From Candidatus Eiseniibacteriota bacterium (GTDB lineage: Bacteria; Arandabacterota; Arandabacteria; Arandabacterales; Arandabacteraceae), in NCBI GenBank assembly GCA_043810925.1, contig JBDRNT010000069.1, positions 83,273 through 147,272 of the forward strand: 64,000 bases of DNA. Direction: 5' to 3'. The notes below the pieces were generated by a model. The model saw nothing but the letters and a program-made list of their open reading frames with translations. It did not search any database and had not been told where the DNA came from. Below, piece after piece: positions 39,665 to 48,724 of this stretch; within the stretch, counting starts at the first letter, position 1, and every line of letters starts with the position of its first letter. The translations under genes were made by a program, and so were the position numbers.

Positions 39665-39924
39665 TGCACGGGGGCCGGGAAGCCTCTTGGGACGCGACGG
39701 CGACCAGTGGAACCCGCCGGCGCAGCCCTCTGGAACGCAAGCGAATGCCTCACCTTGAGCAAGCGGGCCAAAGGGCGCGCCGACACCCCCATAACCCAAG
39801 GGTGTGCGGAGACCGGGAAGCCTCCTGGGACCCGACGGCGCGACCAGTGGAACCCGCCGGCGCAGCCCTCTGGAACGCAAGCGAATGTCCCACCTTGAGC
39901 AAGCGGGCCGGAGGGCGCGCCGAC
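39665..39924 (+). repeat. Tandem duplication (~140-bp period); each unit contains a hairpin-repeat copy (39716-39784 and 39856-39924)
   Basis: 39675-39784 and 39813-39924 are near-identical: CCGGGAAGCCTC...CGACCAGTGGAACCCGCCGGCGCAGCCCTCTGGAACGCAAGCGAATG...GGGCGCGCCGAC. Confidence 0.92.
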
Positions 39925-39946
39925 GTCCACCACCCTCTTAAATGGG

Positions 39947-39975
39947 TTGCGGGGTTGGAGACAAAGTGGTAGGTT
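39947..39975 (+). promoter_or_regulatory. Sigma70-type promoter for rpmB
   Basis: TTGCGG-17 nt-TAGGTT with extended TG. Confidence 0.45.
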
Positions 39976-40005
39976 GGTGAGAGGTGAACAAGAAGGAGAC
40001 CTACG

Positions 40006-40197
40006 ATGGCCAGAAGATGTGAAATCTGCGGGAAGGGCCCCATGTTCGGGAGCCGGGTCAGCCACGCACACAATGTCACAAACAGAAGGTGGAACCCCAA
40101 CTTACAGCGAGTCAGGGTACGCGTTGCAGGAAAGACGAAGAAGATGTATGTGTGTACCCGATGCTTGAAGTCAGACGCTGTAGAGAAAGCACCCTAA
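40006..40197 (+). CDS. rpmB: 50S ribosomal protein L28
   Basis: [34 protein letters not shown]...[14 protein letters not shown] ribosome-binding site. Confidence 0.97.
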   Translation: MARRCEICGKGPMFGSRVSHAHNVTNRRWNPNLQRVRVRVAGKTKKMYVCTRCLKSDAVEKAP

Positions 40198-40203
40198 TCC
40201 CGG

Positions 40204-41727
40204 CTATGAGGCATACTCGTCGAGAAGCCTCTTCTTTGAGACGCCGCTGTCGATGAAGTCCCAGGGAAGGGGCTTTCGTACATCCAGCGGTAAGTGAGGG
40301 TCCGGCACTTCGCTTTGCTTAAGCACCGCCCTGAGGCTGCGCTGTGTAACCGCTGCTTCCAGCAGGAAGGCCGAGAGTGACCTGTCTCCCCTCGCCAGTA
40401 TGGCCTCGGTCCAGGCCTCATCAATCGATCCAAGTTTGAGTGAGCATCCCGTGAAACGTCTTATCTTGCTCAGGATCTTGAACCGTCCCCTCAGTACCTT
40501 TCGCTCCGCAAAGGCGGCCCACTGGAGAGCCGTATGGGGCTTGGGGACAAATGGACCCACTGCCACCGCGAGCTTCGATTTCCCCCTTATGCACCGGAGT
40601 TCGGATACGAGCGATACAATGGCTTCGACATCCTCGTCGGTCTCGCCCGGTAAACCGATCATGAAGTAGAGTTTTATGGTCCGGATCCCTGCAGCCGACA
40701 GGTATGAGACGGCATCAAAGATCTGCTGACGTGTGATCCCCTTTCCTATGCGCCGACGAAGCCGGTCACTGCCGGTCTCAGGTGCAATTGCGATCGTTCT
40801 GACACCGCAAGCGGCAAGCATACCCGCGATGTGTGCTGTCACCTGGTCGGCCCTCAGTGAAGATATCCCGACCCTGCGACCTTCACCCTCAAGCCACTCG
40901 ACAATCGCCACGATGTCCGGATGATCCCCGACGGCGGTCCCCACGAGCCCCACTTTGGCGTGATCAGCACACCGCTCCAATACTGTCTCCCTGGATCTCA
41001 TCCGGACCGGTCTGTAAAGATTGCCCGCCGCGCAGAAGCGGCATCCCCTGCCGCACCCCCGCCCGACTTCGACCAGGAACATTTGTCCGAAGTGAGAGAC
41101 CTCCTGCCTCACCGGCTCAGCAGCTATCCTCCCGGTTTCCGTCCACACCCTCCGCACCACCTGCTGACCAAGTGAAGGGACATACACGCCTTCGATCTCA
41201 CTTATCTCCTTAAGCAGATCCGCTCTTGACCCGGCGCTGGCTCTGGCGCATTCCGCGGCTTCAAGCAACCGATCGACGACGACCTCGGCCTCGCCGACGA
41301 CCGCGGCATCGATGAAATCGGCTACAGGCAGCGGGTTGGAGGACATTGTGAACCCGCCGCAAACGACCAGCGGGAAGACGGCGTTTCTTTCGGATGCCAA
41401 CGGCGGTATGCCTGCTGCCTCGAGGAGTTCAGGTATATGGACGAAATCGTTCTCGTACGCGACCGAGAAAGCAGCTATATCAAAACTCCTGACCTCCGCC
41501 TGTGAAGCAAGCCCGAGCAACAGACCTTGCTTCCTTGAGACGACACTATCACCGCGGCCCTCAGGCAGGTATGACAGATCCGCCAGACCCAGTCTCTGCT
41601 TGAACATTTCAAAGACCTTGAGGAAACCGAGGCTGGCAAACGCGACTTTCCTGACGTTGGGATAAATAAGCACACCTGAGAGGCCGGGCAAGCCGGAAGG
41701 ACCCGCCCGGGACGGTTTACGTCTCAA
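40204..41727 (-). CDS. Radical SAM protein (TIGR03960-like, uncharacterised)
   Basis: LIYPN...SLGF, EVGRGCGRGCRFC, SSLRAD, IAPETGSDRLR, KLYFMIGLPGET, FVPKPHT, LPWDFID. Start uncertain (TTG at 41727 or 41781). Confidence 0.85.
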   Translation of the reverse strand: MRRKPSRAGPSGLPGLSGVLIYPNVRKVAFASLGFLKVFEMFKQRLGLADLSYLPEGRGDSVVSRKQGLLLGLASQAEVRSFDIAAFSVAYENDFVHIPELLEAAGIPPLASERNAVFPLVVCGGFTMSSNPLPVADFIDAAVVGEAEVVVDRLLEAAECARASAGSRADLLKEISEIEGVYVPSLGQQVVRRVWTETGRIAAEPVRQEVSHFGQMFLVEVGRGCGRGCRFCAAGNLYRPVRMRSRETVLERCADHAKVGLVGTAVGDHPDIVAIVEWLEGEGRRVGISSLRADQVTAHIAGMLAACGVRTIAIAPETGSDRLRRRIGKGITRQQIFDAVSYLSAAGIRTIKLYFMIGLPGETDEDVEAIVSLVSELRCIRGKSKLAVAVGPFVPKPHTALQWAAFAERKVLRGRFKILSKIRRFTGCSLKLGSIDEAWTEAILARGDRSLSAFLLEAAVTQRSLRAVLKQSEVPDPHLPLDVRKPLPWDFIDSGVSKKRLLDEYAS

Positions 41728-43387
41728 CGCTCTGCTTGCCGGTAGATGGCCTGTCGAGCACAAACGTTTGCTTCTCCGCAAGTGCTACGACGTTGTGGGG
41801 ATCAATGGCCAGGACTTCCTCCACCTGTTTGAGAGCTTCATCCTCCCTGCCCACTCTCCGCAGGGCAAAACTGAGCGCAATCCTGGCATCTGTGAAGTTG
41901 CCGTTTATCTTGATTGCTTCATTGAACTCCTCGATGGCATCTTTGATATCTTCCTTGCTCAGGTATGCCTCTCCGAGTCTGCACCTGACATCGGCGAAAC
42001 CCGGTGATGCATCCCTGGCTTGCTTCAGGTAGTCTATCGTTGCGCGTACGTCTCCGTTCGTCGTGGATATCTCTCCGAGATGGACCAGGGCCTCGGTATT
42101 GCCCGGGTCGAGCTGTACCGACTTCAGGAAGAGTTCACGGGCCCTCTCGGTATTGCCTTTGCGCAGATAGGCCACGCCCAACGTTGCGTATACAGATGCA
42201 CTGGGAGTACCACCGAAGTTCCGGCGTTCAAGTACAGCCACCGCATCGTCGTAGTCACCCAGCCCCAACATCATATGGCCGGCAAGACCCATCTCTTTCT
42301 CGATATCCGTGTCGATCGATAGTGCACCGGTAAGCGCCTGCCTGGCCTCCTGTTCGCGCCCGAGGAAATACAGGCACACCGCGCTGTAGTACTTGGCACG
42401 GGCATAGTCGGGCAGAATGCTGAGGGCCTCTCTGAAGGCGGTGAGGGCCTCCTCCACGCGCCCCATCTTGAACAGGGCCAGACCCTTGCAGCAGTGAATG
42501 TCGGGATAACATGCCGCCAATGCAAGCGCGTTGTCGAATTGCTCGACTGCCTCGACATAACGGCCCTTGAGTATGAAAGCATTGCCCAGGTAGAAGAGAG
42601 CATCGACGTAGCGCGGGTTCAACTCCAGGGCTACCACCAGCTCGCGGACAGCATCGTCGACGCGGTTGTCTTCGAGATAGACGATCGCCAGCTTCACTCT
42701 GACATCCGCCCAGGTGGGTTTCTTTTCGCGCGCCTCCTCAAACTCGGCTACAGCGGCAGCGCGGTCGCCGTGATTGTAGGCCTCCACTCCCCTGTCGACA
42801 TGCTCGTGGCTGACACGTCGCTCTTCCACGATGCCTTTGAGATTGCCCAGCATCGTCTCAAGTGCCTGCACATGATACTTGCCCGACACGGGATGGGACG
42901 GCAGATTACCGGCCTCAAGACCCTGGTCGATCGCCGTCCTCAGCTGGGACTTCGCCTCCACCTGGTTGCCCAGCTCGTGAAGGCATATTGCCAGATGGCA
43001 CCGGGCCTCGACGTACTCCGGGTTTATCTTGATTGCCTCACCCAGCTCAGCGGCCGCGTCCTCAAAGCGCCCCAGATTCTCATACCCCATGCCCAGGTAG
43101 TAGTGAAGGTCCGGATACTCGGGGTTGACCTTGAGCGCCCTCTCAAACTCCACGAGGGCCTCCTCATAGTTCCCCTTCCTGTAGTGTACGAGACCTATGT
43201 TGGCCCGTGCCCTGGCGGCATAGAAAACCCCAAGGTTGTAGTAAGGATTGCGGTGATCGCTTTTGCCCGATATCACCTTCTCAAACTCGGCCACAGCCTC
43301 CTCGTACTCCCCACTGCTGTAATGGTCCATGCCTTTGAGGTAATGGTCATCCTTCTTTCCACCAAAGACCCTGTCGAGTAGCGACAT
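41717..43387 (-). CDS. Tetratricopeptide-repeat protein
   Basis: TPR units along the whole length, e.g. EEALVEFERALKVNPEYPDLHYYLG. Confidence 0.92.
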   Translation of the reverse strand: MSLLDRVFGGKKDDHYLKGMDHYSSGEYEEAVAEFEKVISGKSDHRNPYYNLGVFYAARARANIGLVHYRKGNYEEALVEFERALKVNPEYPDLHYYLGMGYENLGRFEDAAAELGEAIKINPEYVEARCHLAICLHELGNQVEAKSQLRTAIDQGLEAGNLPSHPVSGKYHVQALETMLGNLKGIVEERRVSHEHVDRGVEAYNHGDRAAAVAEFEEAREKKPTWADVRVKLAIVYLEDNRVDDAVRELVVALELNPRYVDALFYLGNAFILKGRYVEAVEQFDNALALAACYPDIHCCKGLALFKMGRVEEALTAFREALSILPDYARAKYYSAVCLYFLGREQEARQALTGALSIDTDIEKEMGLAGHMMLGLGDYDDAVAVLERRNFGGTPSASVYATLGVAYLRKGNTERARELFLKSVQLDPGNTEALVHLGEISTTNGDVRATIDYLKQARDASPGFADVRCRLGEAYLSKEDIKDAIEEFNEAIKINGNFTDARIALSFALRRVGREDEALKQVEEVLAIDPHNVVALAEKQTFVLDRPSTGKQSVET

Positions 43388-43397
43388 GTCCTACCCC

Positions 43398-44540
43398 CTA
43401 GTCACTGTGCCTCCTCATAAAAGCAGGAGTCTCGTAATCTACGTCGAGGCAGGCATCCACAGAGACCCTGGTTTCATTGTCGACTTCCGGGATGTCACGT
43501 CTCTTGAACGCCCTCTGGAGAAAACCGTTGCTGATCCTGCCGGGCTCACTATGGTCTCGCAGAGCCGATCTGTCCTCGGTCGAGCTCTTGCCAATCCCGG
43601 TTGCGATCACAGTCACTCTGATCTCATCGTTAAGGGTTTCGTCGATCGCTGTTCCGAAAATCACGTTCGCTTCGGACCCCGCGGCATCATAGATCGTATT
43701 CGCTGCATCGGATATCTCCGAGAGCGACATCAGGGGACCGCCCGTAACGTTTATCAACAGACCTTTAGCACCTGCGATGCTGACGTCGTCAAGAAGCGGA
43801 CTGCGGAGAGCCCTATTTGCAGCTTCCTTCGCCCTGTCGTCTCCCGACGCACTGCCGGTACCCATGATCGCATCACCCATCTCGGACATTATCGTTCTTA
43901 CATCGGCGAAATCAAGGTTGATCTCTCCGGGTATCGTTATGAGATCGGAAATGCCTCTGGTCGCCTTGAGAAGTATCTCATCCGCCAGGGCAAACGCGTC
44001 CAGGAGCGGCGTGTCCTTTGCAACCACCTGGAGGAGCTTCTGGTTCGGTATCCCGATTACAGTATCAACCTGTCTCTTCAACTCATTTATACCTTCTTGA
44101 GCCTGCTCCATCCTTCGCCTGCCCTCAAAGGCAAATGGTTTAGTGACTATCGCGACCGTCAGGGCTCCGGACCCCTTTGCAATCTCCGCGACGACCGGAC
44201 TGGCACCGGTGCCCGTACCGCCACCCATACCCGCCGTGATAAATACCATGTCCGCTCCATCGACGACTTCACTCATTACGTCACGGTCTTCCTCGGCCGC
44301 ACGTCTGCCGATGTCCGGATCGCCTCCGGATCCGAGCCCCTTGGTTATACGGCTGCCGATCTGGATCTTGGTACCGGCCGACGACTTTGTCAGGGCCTGG
44401 CAATCGGTGTTAACGGCGACAAACTCGACACCCTGCAGATTCGAGAAGATCATACGGTTGACTGCATTGTTGCCTGCACCGCCGACGCCGATCACTTTCA
44501 TCCTTGCATTGCCAACGTTCTCGATTTCGAATTGGATCAT
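43398..44540 (-). CDS. ftsZ: Cell division protein FtsZ
   Basis: KVIGVGGAGNNAVNRM, GMGGGTGTG, INLDFADV; C-terminal ETPAFMRR. Confidence 0.99.
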   Translation of the reverse strand: MIQFEIENVGNARMKVIGVGGAGNNAVNRMIFSNLQGVEFVAVNTDCQALTKSSAGTKIQIGSRITKGLGSGGDPDIGRRAAEEDRDVMSEVVDGADMVFITAGMGGGTGTGASPVVAEIAKGSGALTVAIVTKPFAFEGRRRMEQAQEGINELKRQVDTVIGIPNQKLLQVVAKDTPLLDAFALADEILLKATRGISDLITIPGEINLDFADVRTIMSEMGDAIMGTGSASGDDRAKEAANRALRSPLLDDVSIAGAKGLLINVTGGPLMSLSEISDAANTIYDAAGSEANVIFGTAIDETLNDEIRVTVIATGIGKSSTEDRSALRDHSEPGRISNGFLQRAFKRRDIPEVDNETRVSVDACLDVDYETPAFMRRHSD

Positions 44541-44558
44541 TGAACCTCACCTCTGTTC

Positions 44559-45791
44559 CTAGAACACCGTACTAACCCATCTTCTCACTTTCACCAATAC
44601 GTTTCCTAGTCCTCCCTGCGCGTCGACGGCGGTCACACCCCCTTTCACAATTACATTACCGGCGAAGTGTAGGAGACCTACACCCGTTGACATTCTCGGG
44701 TCATTGACGTATTCAACGAGGCCGCCGACGTTTTCAGGTTTGCCCATTCTGGCAGGCATCGAAAGAACATCCTCGGCAAGATCTTCAATGCCGTCGATCA
44801 GGGACGTCCCACCCGTAAGCACTACCCCGGCGCCAAGAACCTCGTAGTATTCACTCTTCATCAACTGTCCTTTGACCAGATAAAGGATCTCCTCAAGACG
44901 CGGCCCGATTATCTGGGCAATGACCTTCTTCGATATCGGTCTTGTCTTCCTGCCCTGCACACCCGGTACGTCGATGATCTCCTGCTCAACGGTCGACGCC
45001 CGCGTGCAGCCGTACTCGATCTTGAGGTTTTCGGCCTGGCCGAAGGGCGTACGCAGCCCGATCACCAGGTCGTTTGTAACGTTGTTTCCCCCGAACGCAA
45101 GAACGGCCGTGTGCCGGATCGCACCGTCCTTAAAGACGGATATGTCCGTCGTGCCGCCGCCGATGTCGATCACGGCAACGCCCAGGTCCATCTCCTCCTG
45201 AGTCAGGACGGCGAGGCCCGTGGCAAGCGGCTGAAGCACCAGGCCGGAGACGTCGACACCTGCGCGTTTCACCGACTTGATCACATTCTGCGCACAAGTG
45301 GTGGCGCATGTAATGATATGTGCAGCAACCTCCAGTCGTATGCCCGACATCCCGACGGGCAACTCTATCCCGCCCTGGTCGTCGACAACGAATTCCTGCG
45401 GTATCACGTGCAGTATGAGCCGGTCACTGGGCACAACCACGGCACGTGCGGCGTTCACCACCCGCTCAATGTCATGCTCGCTGATTTCCTTATCAGGCCT
45501 TGAAACGGCAACGACACCCGTGCTGTTCATTCCACGTACGTGATCACCCGATATGCTTACGAATGCCCCGCGTGTCGTGTGTTCGGTCATGATCTCGGCT
45601 TCCTGAATGGCCCCCTCGATCGCCGAGATCGTCTTTTCTATGTCTACTATTACGCCTCTGCGGATCCCTTCACACTTCTTGGTCCCGACACCGATGATCG
45701 ATGGCCTACCGCTCTTGTCGATCTCGGCAACGAGTGCGCTGACCTTGGTGGTACCGAGATCCAGTCCCATCACCCTTGCCGGCAAAGCCAA
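44559..45791 (-). CDS. ftsA: Cell division protein FtsA
   Basis: GLDLGTTKV, PVGMSGIRLE, IDIGGGTTD, AENLKIEYG, GVVLTGG. Confidence 0.97.
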   Translation of the reverse strand: MALPARVMGLDLGTTKVSALVAEIDKSGRPSIIGVGTKKCEGIRRGVIVDIEKTISAIEGAIQEAEIMTEHTTRGAFVSISGDHVRGMNSTGVVAVSRPDKEISEHDIERVVNAARAVVVPSDRLILHVIPQEFVVDDQGGIELPVGMSGIRLEVAAHIITCATTCAQNVIKSVKRAGVDVSGLVLQPLATGLAVLTQEEMDLGVAVIDIGGGTTDISVFKDGAIRHTAVLAFGGNNVTNDLVIGLRTPFGQAENLKIEYGCTRASTVEQEIIDVPGVQGRKTRPISKKVIAQIIGPRLEEILYLVKGQLMKSEYYEVLGAGVVLTGGTSLIDGIEDLAEDVLSMPARMGKPENVGGLVEYVNDPRMSTGVGLLHFAGNVIVKGGVTAVDAQGGLGNVLVKVRRWVSTVF

Positions 45792-45794
45792 TTG

Positions 45795-46469
45795 TCATAC
45801 CTCCTTGTCGAATCCGCGAGGCGCCCGGTTCCACTCAACAACTACCTGGCGTCCGAACCTGAGATCTATCCTGGCAACATGCATATTCTGCTGCCTGGCC
45901 TGCATGAGTATCTGGTCGAGCCTCTTGACCTTGGCGACATAGCCCCCGTGGCCCAGCTCGGCAAGCGTGCCACCTGTGAGAATCGCCCTGGGATGTTCCA
46001 GGTTTTCAAGGTTGATTTCAGAGAGTGCATCCATGAGTGAAGGCGAGAGTTCGAAAGCCCGGACTATCGTCAGCCCCAGCACCGCCTCAGGCGTCGAAAG
46101 CCTTGTCCCGGGTTTCCCGGCTGCCGGGGAAAACCCCGTCAGCGCCGGAAGATCGCCCGTACCAGACGCGCTCTCGCACCAGGTGACGTATCCCTCCCGG
46201 TCAAGACCCATGACCATACCCTGACCGGTGATGAGCACCCAGGTCTCCCCGGGAGACCGTCTCTGCGAGCCCCCTTCGCGTGGTCCAAGCACAGTGCTCT
46301 CTATCCCTGCCAGGTAGCCCGTAACCCGTTCGGTCACACCCTCGACGGCAAGCACGAAAGCGTAGTTGACATCACCAGTGACCTTGAATGTCAGCCCGCA
46401 CGAAATCAGCCCGATCACTACCAGTGAAAGCACGCTCACTCTCAAATCGGTCTCCTCAGTCCCTTCCAA
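45795..46469 (-). CDS. ftsQ: FtsQ/DivIB-like protein (atypical)
   Basis: Lies between murB and ftsA; one TM helix; LDREG, LPALTG, LSEINL, IDLRFGRQVVV. Confidence 0.7.
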   Translation of the reverse strand: MEGTEETDLRVSVLSLVVIGLISCGLTFKVTGDVNYAFVLAVEGVTERVTGYLAGIESTVLGPREGGSQRRSPGETWVLITGQGMVMGLDREGYVTWCESASGTGDLPALTGFSPAAGKPGTRLSTPEAVLGLTIVRAFELSPSLMDALSEINLENLEHPRAILTGGTLAELGHGGYVAKVKRLDQILMQARQQNMHVARIDLRFGRQVVVEWNRAPRGFDKEV

Positions 46470-47358
46470 TCACGTTTATTTCAAGATCCAGGTCGATCCC
46501 GTACTTGTCCCGGACCGTGTCTTTCGTCTCGCTTATCAGGTCGAGGATCTCCCCGGCCGTGGCCCCACCGGTATTCACCACCCAGTTGCCGTGTATCATC
46601 GAGATCTCGGCCCCTCCCTTTCGGGACCCTTTGAGTCCTGCGTGGTCTATCATTCTCCCCGCGGCATCATCCGGAGGGTTCTTGAACACACAGCCGGCGG
46701 TGTTCTCCCCGGTCGGCTGGGTGGTCCTGCGCATATCCAGATGTTCCTCCACCTTATGGCGGGCTTCCTCCACGGCACACTTGTAACCGGCAAGGATCAC
46801 ATCGGTCACAATCCAGTTCCTGTCGATGCCGGAGTGCCTGTAGCCGAAATCGAGATCGCCCGGCGCCAGCCTCTGCTCCGTCAGATCGTCGGTCAGCACC
46901 CCGAGTTCCACGAGCCGGCTTGAGACCCAGACGTCTCTTGATCCGGCGTTGGCGACCACTGCGCCTCCGACCGTGCCCGGTATGCCCGCGAGAAACTCCA
47001 GACCGCCTATGCCCGAAGACGTCGCCTTGCTCACCGTCTCGGCCAGGCTGGCTCCGGCACCTGCGTGAATGCTTTCACCACTGGTCTCGATCGTGGCAAA
47101 CTCGTCCACCAGCCGGATCACCACACCACCAATCCCGCCGTCCCTGACCAGGACATTCGAACCATTGCCCAGGGCCATCACGGGCAGTGAGTGGGTCTTT
47201 GCGAGCGCAAGCAGCCTCTTCAATGCATCCATGTCCGATACCCAGACCATGAGATCACATGGCCCCCCCACAGCGAAGCTGGTGTGAAGGGACAGGAGCT
47301 CGTCCTTTCGTGCAGCTATGCCTGCGATCTGGTCGATCTCTTCAAAGACATCAGTCAC
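46456..47358 (-). CDS. murB: UDP-N-acetylmuramate dehydrogenase
   Basis: HTSFAVGG, LGNGSNVLV, GLEFLAGIPGTVGGA, FGYRHS, AGCVFKNP. Confidence 0.96.
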   Translation of the reverse strand: MTDVFEEIDQIAGIAARKDELLSLHTSFAVGGPCDLMVWVSDMDALKRLLALAKTHSLPVMALGNGSNVLVRDGGIGGVVIRLVDEFATIETSGESIHAGAGASLAETVSKATSSGIGGLEFLAGIPGTVGGAVVANAGSRDVWVSSRLVELGVLTDDLTEQRLAPGDLDFGYRHSGIDRNWIVTDVILAGYKCAVEEARHKVEEHLDMRRTTQPTGENTAGCVFKNPPDDAAGRMIDHAGLKGSRKGGAEISMIHGNWVVNTGGATAGEILDLISETKDTVRDKYGIDLDLEINVIGRD

Positions 47359-48724
47359 CTGCCAGCCTCCTCATCGTGTCATCGCCGGTCTTCCAGATGT
47401 CCCCGGCACCCAGTGTTATTACAACGTCACCCGGTTCAAGCGACCCGGCCAGGTGCTCCGTGATGGCCTCCCTGTCGGGCATATAGACCACGTGTCTGTG
47501 GCCGCTTGTGAGCGCCGCCTTCGCGACGGATTCCGCCGTCACCCCGGGGATCGGCTGCTCACCGGCGGCGTATATCGATGTGACGATGACGGAATCGGCA
47601 TCATAGAAGCTGCGGCCCAACCTTTCCCAGAGCGCCTGTGTCCTTGAATAGCGATGCGGTTGGAATACCGCGACTACCCTGCCTCCCCACATCGCTTTCA
47701 CCGTCTCGAGCGTGGCGCTTATCTCAGTGGGGTGATGGGCATAGTCGTCGACGAAGACGATCCCGTTGACCTCGCCTCTCTTCTCCAGTCTCCTCGAGAT
47801 ACCCGTAAACTGCGACAGGCCTTCGCTTATCGAAGGAAACGGGATATCGAGCTCGAGGCCCACCGCCACGGCGGCAAGAGCGTTCGCGATATTGTGCTGA
47901 CCCGGCATCCGGAGCAGCACACTACCGAGCCTGCTCTGTCTCAGACTGACGTTGAACGTAACCTTCTGGCCGTCAAGAACGACATCCGTGGCCCTCACGT
48001 CCGCCTGCTGGGAGAAACCATATGTGATCACGCGTCTTATTATCCGCGGTATTATCGCCTGGACGTTTTCCTCGTCAAGGCAGACAACCGCTGCACCGTA
48101 GAAGGGCACCTTGTTTGCGAACTCGACGAACGAAGCCTTTATCGCCTCGATGTCGTTGTAGTAATCGAGGTGCTCCTCATCTACAGTCGTTACGACTGCG
48201 ACATTCGGTGAGAGCCGAAGGAAAGAGCCATCGCTCTCGTCGGCTTCGGCGACAAGGTACGGCCCACCGCCGAGCTTTGCATTCGTACCGATCGCTTTGA
48301 GTCTCCCGCCGACAATGATGGTCGGATCGAGACCGGCGGCAGCCATAACAAGCCCGACCAGCCATGTCGTCGTTGTCTTGCCGTGAGCGCCGCCGACGGC
48401 GATTCCCTGTTTCATGCGCATGAGTTCGGCAAGCATCTCCGCTCTCGGTATCACGGGTATCCCGCACCTGTGCGCTTCGATGATCTCAACGTTGTCACGC
48501 TTTATCGCGGAGGAATAGACCACTACATCGGCGCCTTCAACCTCGGCGGCGCTGTGCCCTTTGATGACATGACCGCCGAGCTCGGTCAGCCGCTGGGTCA
48601 CATCGGTTGTCGCAAGATCGGTTCCGCTGACCTTGTAGCCCAGATTGAGCAGGAGCTCCGCGATTCCACTCATACCCGTGCCACCGATCCCAACCAGGTG
48701 AATGTGTTTTACTTTACCGAACAT
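47351..48724 (-). CDS. murC: UDP-N-acetylmuramate--L-alanine ligase
   Basis: IHLVGIGGTGMSG, GAHGKTTTT, EADESDGSF, DDYAHHPTE, FQPHRYSRT. Confidence 0.98.
   Translation of the reverse strand: MFGKVKHIHLVGIGGTGMSGIAELLLNLGYKVSGTDLATTDVTQRLTELGGHVIKGHSAAEVEGADVVVYSSAIKRDNVEIIEAHRCGIPVIPRAEMLAELMRMKQGIAVGGAHGKTTTTWLVGLVMAAAGLDPTIIVGGRLKAIGTNAKLGGGPYLVAEADESDGSFLRLSPNVAVVTTVDEEHLDYYNDIEAIKASFVEFANKVPFYGAAVVCLDEENVQAIIPRIIRRVITYGFSQQADVRATDVVLDGQKVTFNVSLRQSRLGSVLLRMPGQHNIANALAAVAVGLELDIPFPSISEGLSQFTGISRRLEKRGEVNGIVFVDDYAHHPTEISATLETVKAMWGGRVVAVFQPHRYSRTQALWERLGRSFYDADSVIVTSIYAAGEQPIPGVTAESVAKAALTSGHRHVVYMPDREAITEHLAGSLEPGDVVITLGAGDIWKTGDDTMRRLAGD

Noticed and set aside
39700..39760. HDV-like ribozyme suggested by GCGAAT and a CAG/CTG mini-stem
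   Set aside because: No P1 or P1.1 pairing could be built and the loop is too short.
39803..39900. Tandem glycine riboswitch (GGAGA-stem-CCGACGGCGC and CCTCTGGA resemble it)
   Set aside because: The conserved CUCUCAGG segment is missing, the other unit lacks GGAGA, the region lies upstream of both predicted promoters, and no glycine-related gene is adjacent.
39665..39924. CRISPR array
   Set aside because: Only two ~110-bp units, no repeat-spacer periodicity and no cas genes.
39553..40100. ORFs spanning the tandem repeat (e.g. 39553..40071 and 39750..40100, minus)
   Set aside because: They are translations of GC-rich repeat DNA and overlap rpmB and the promoters.
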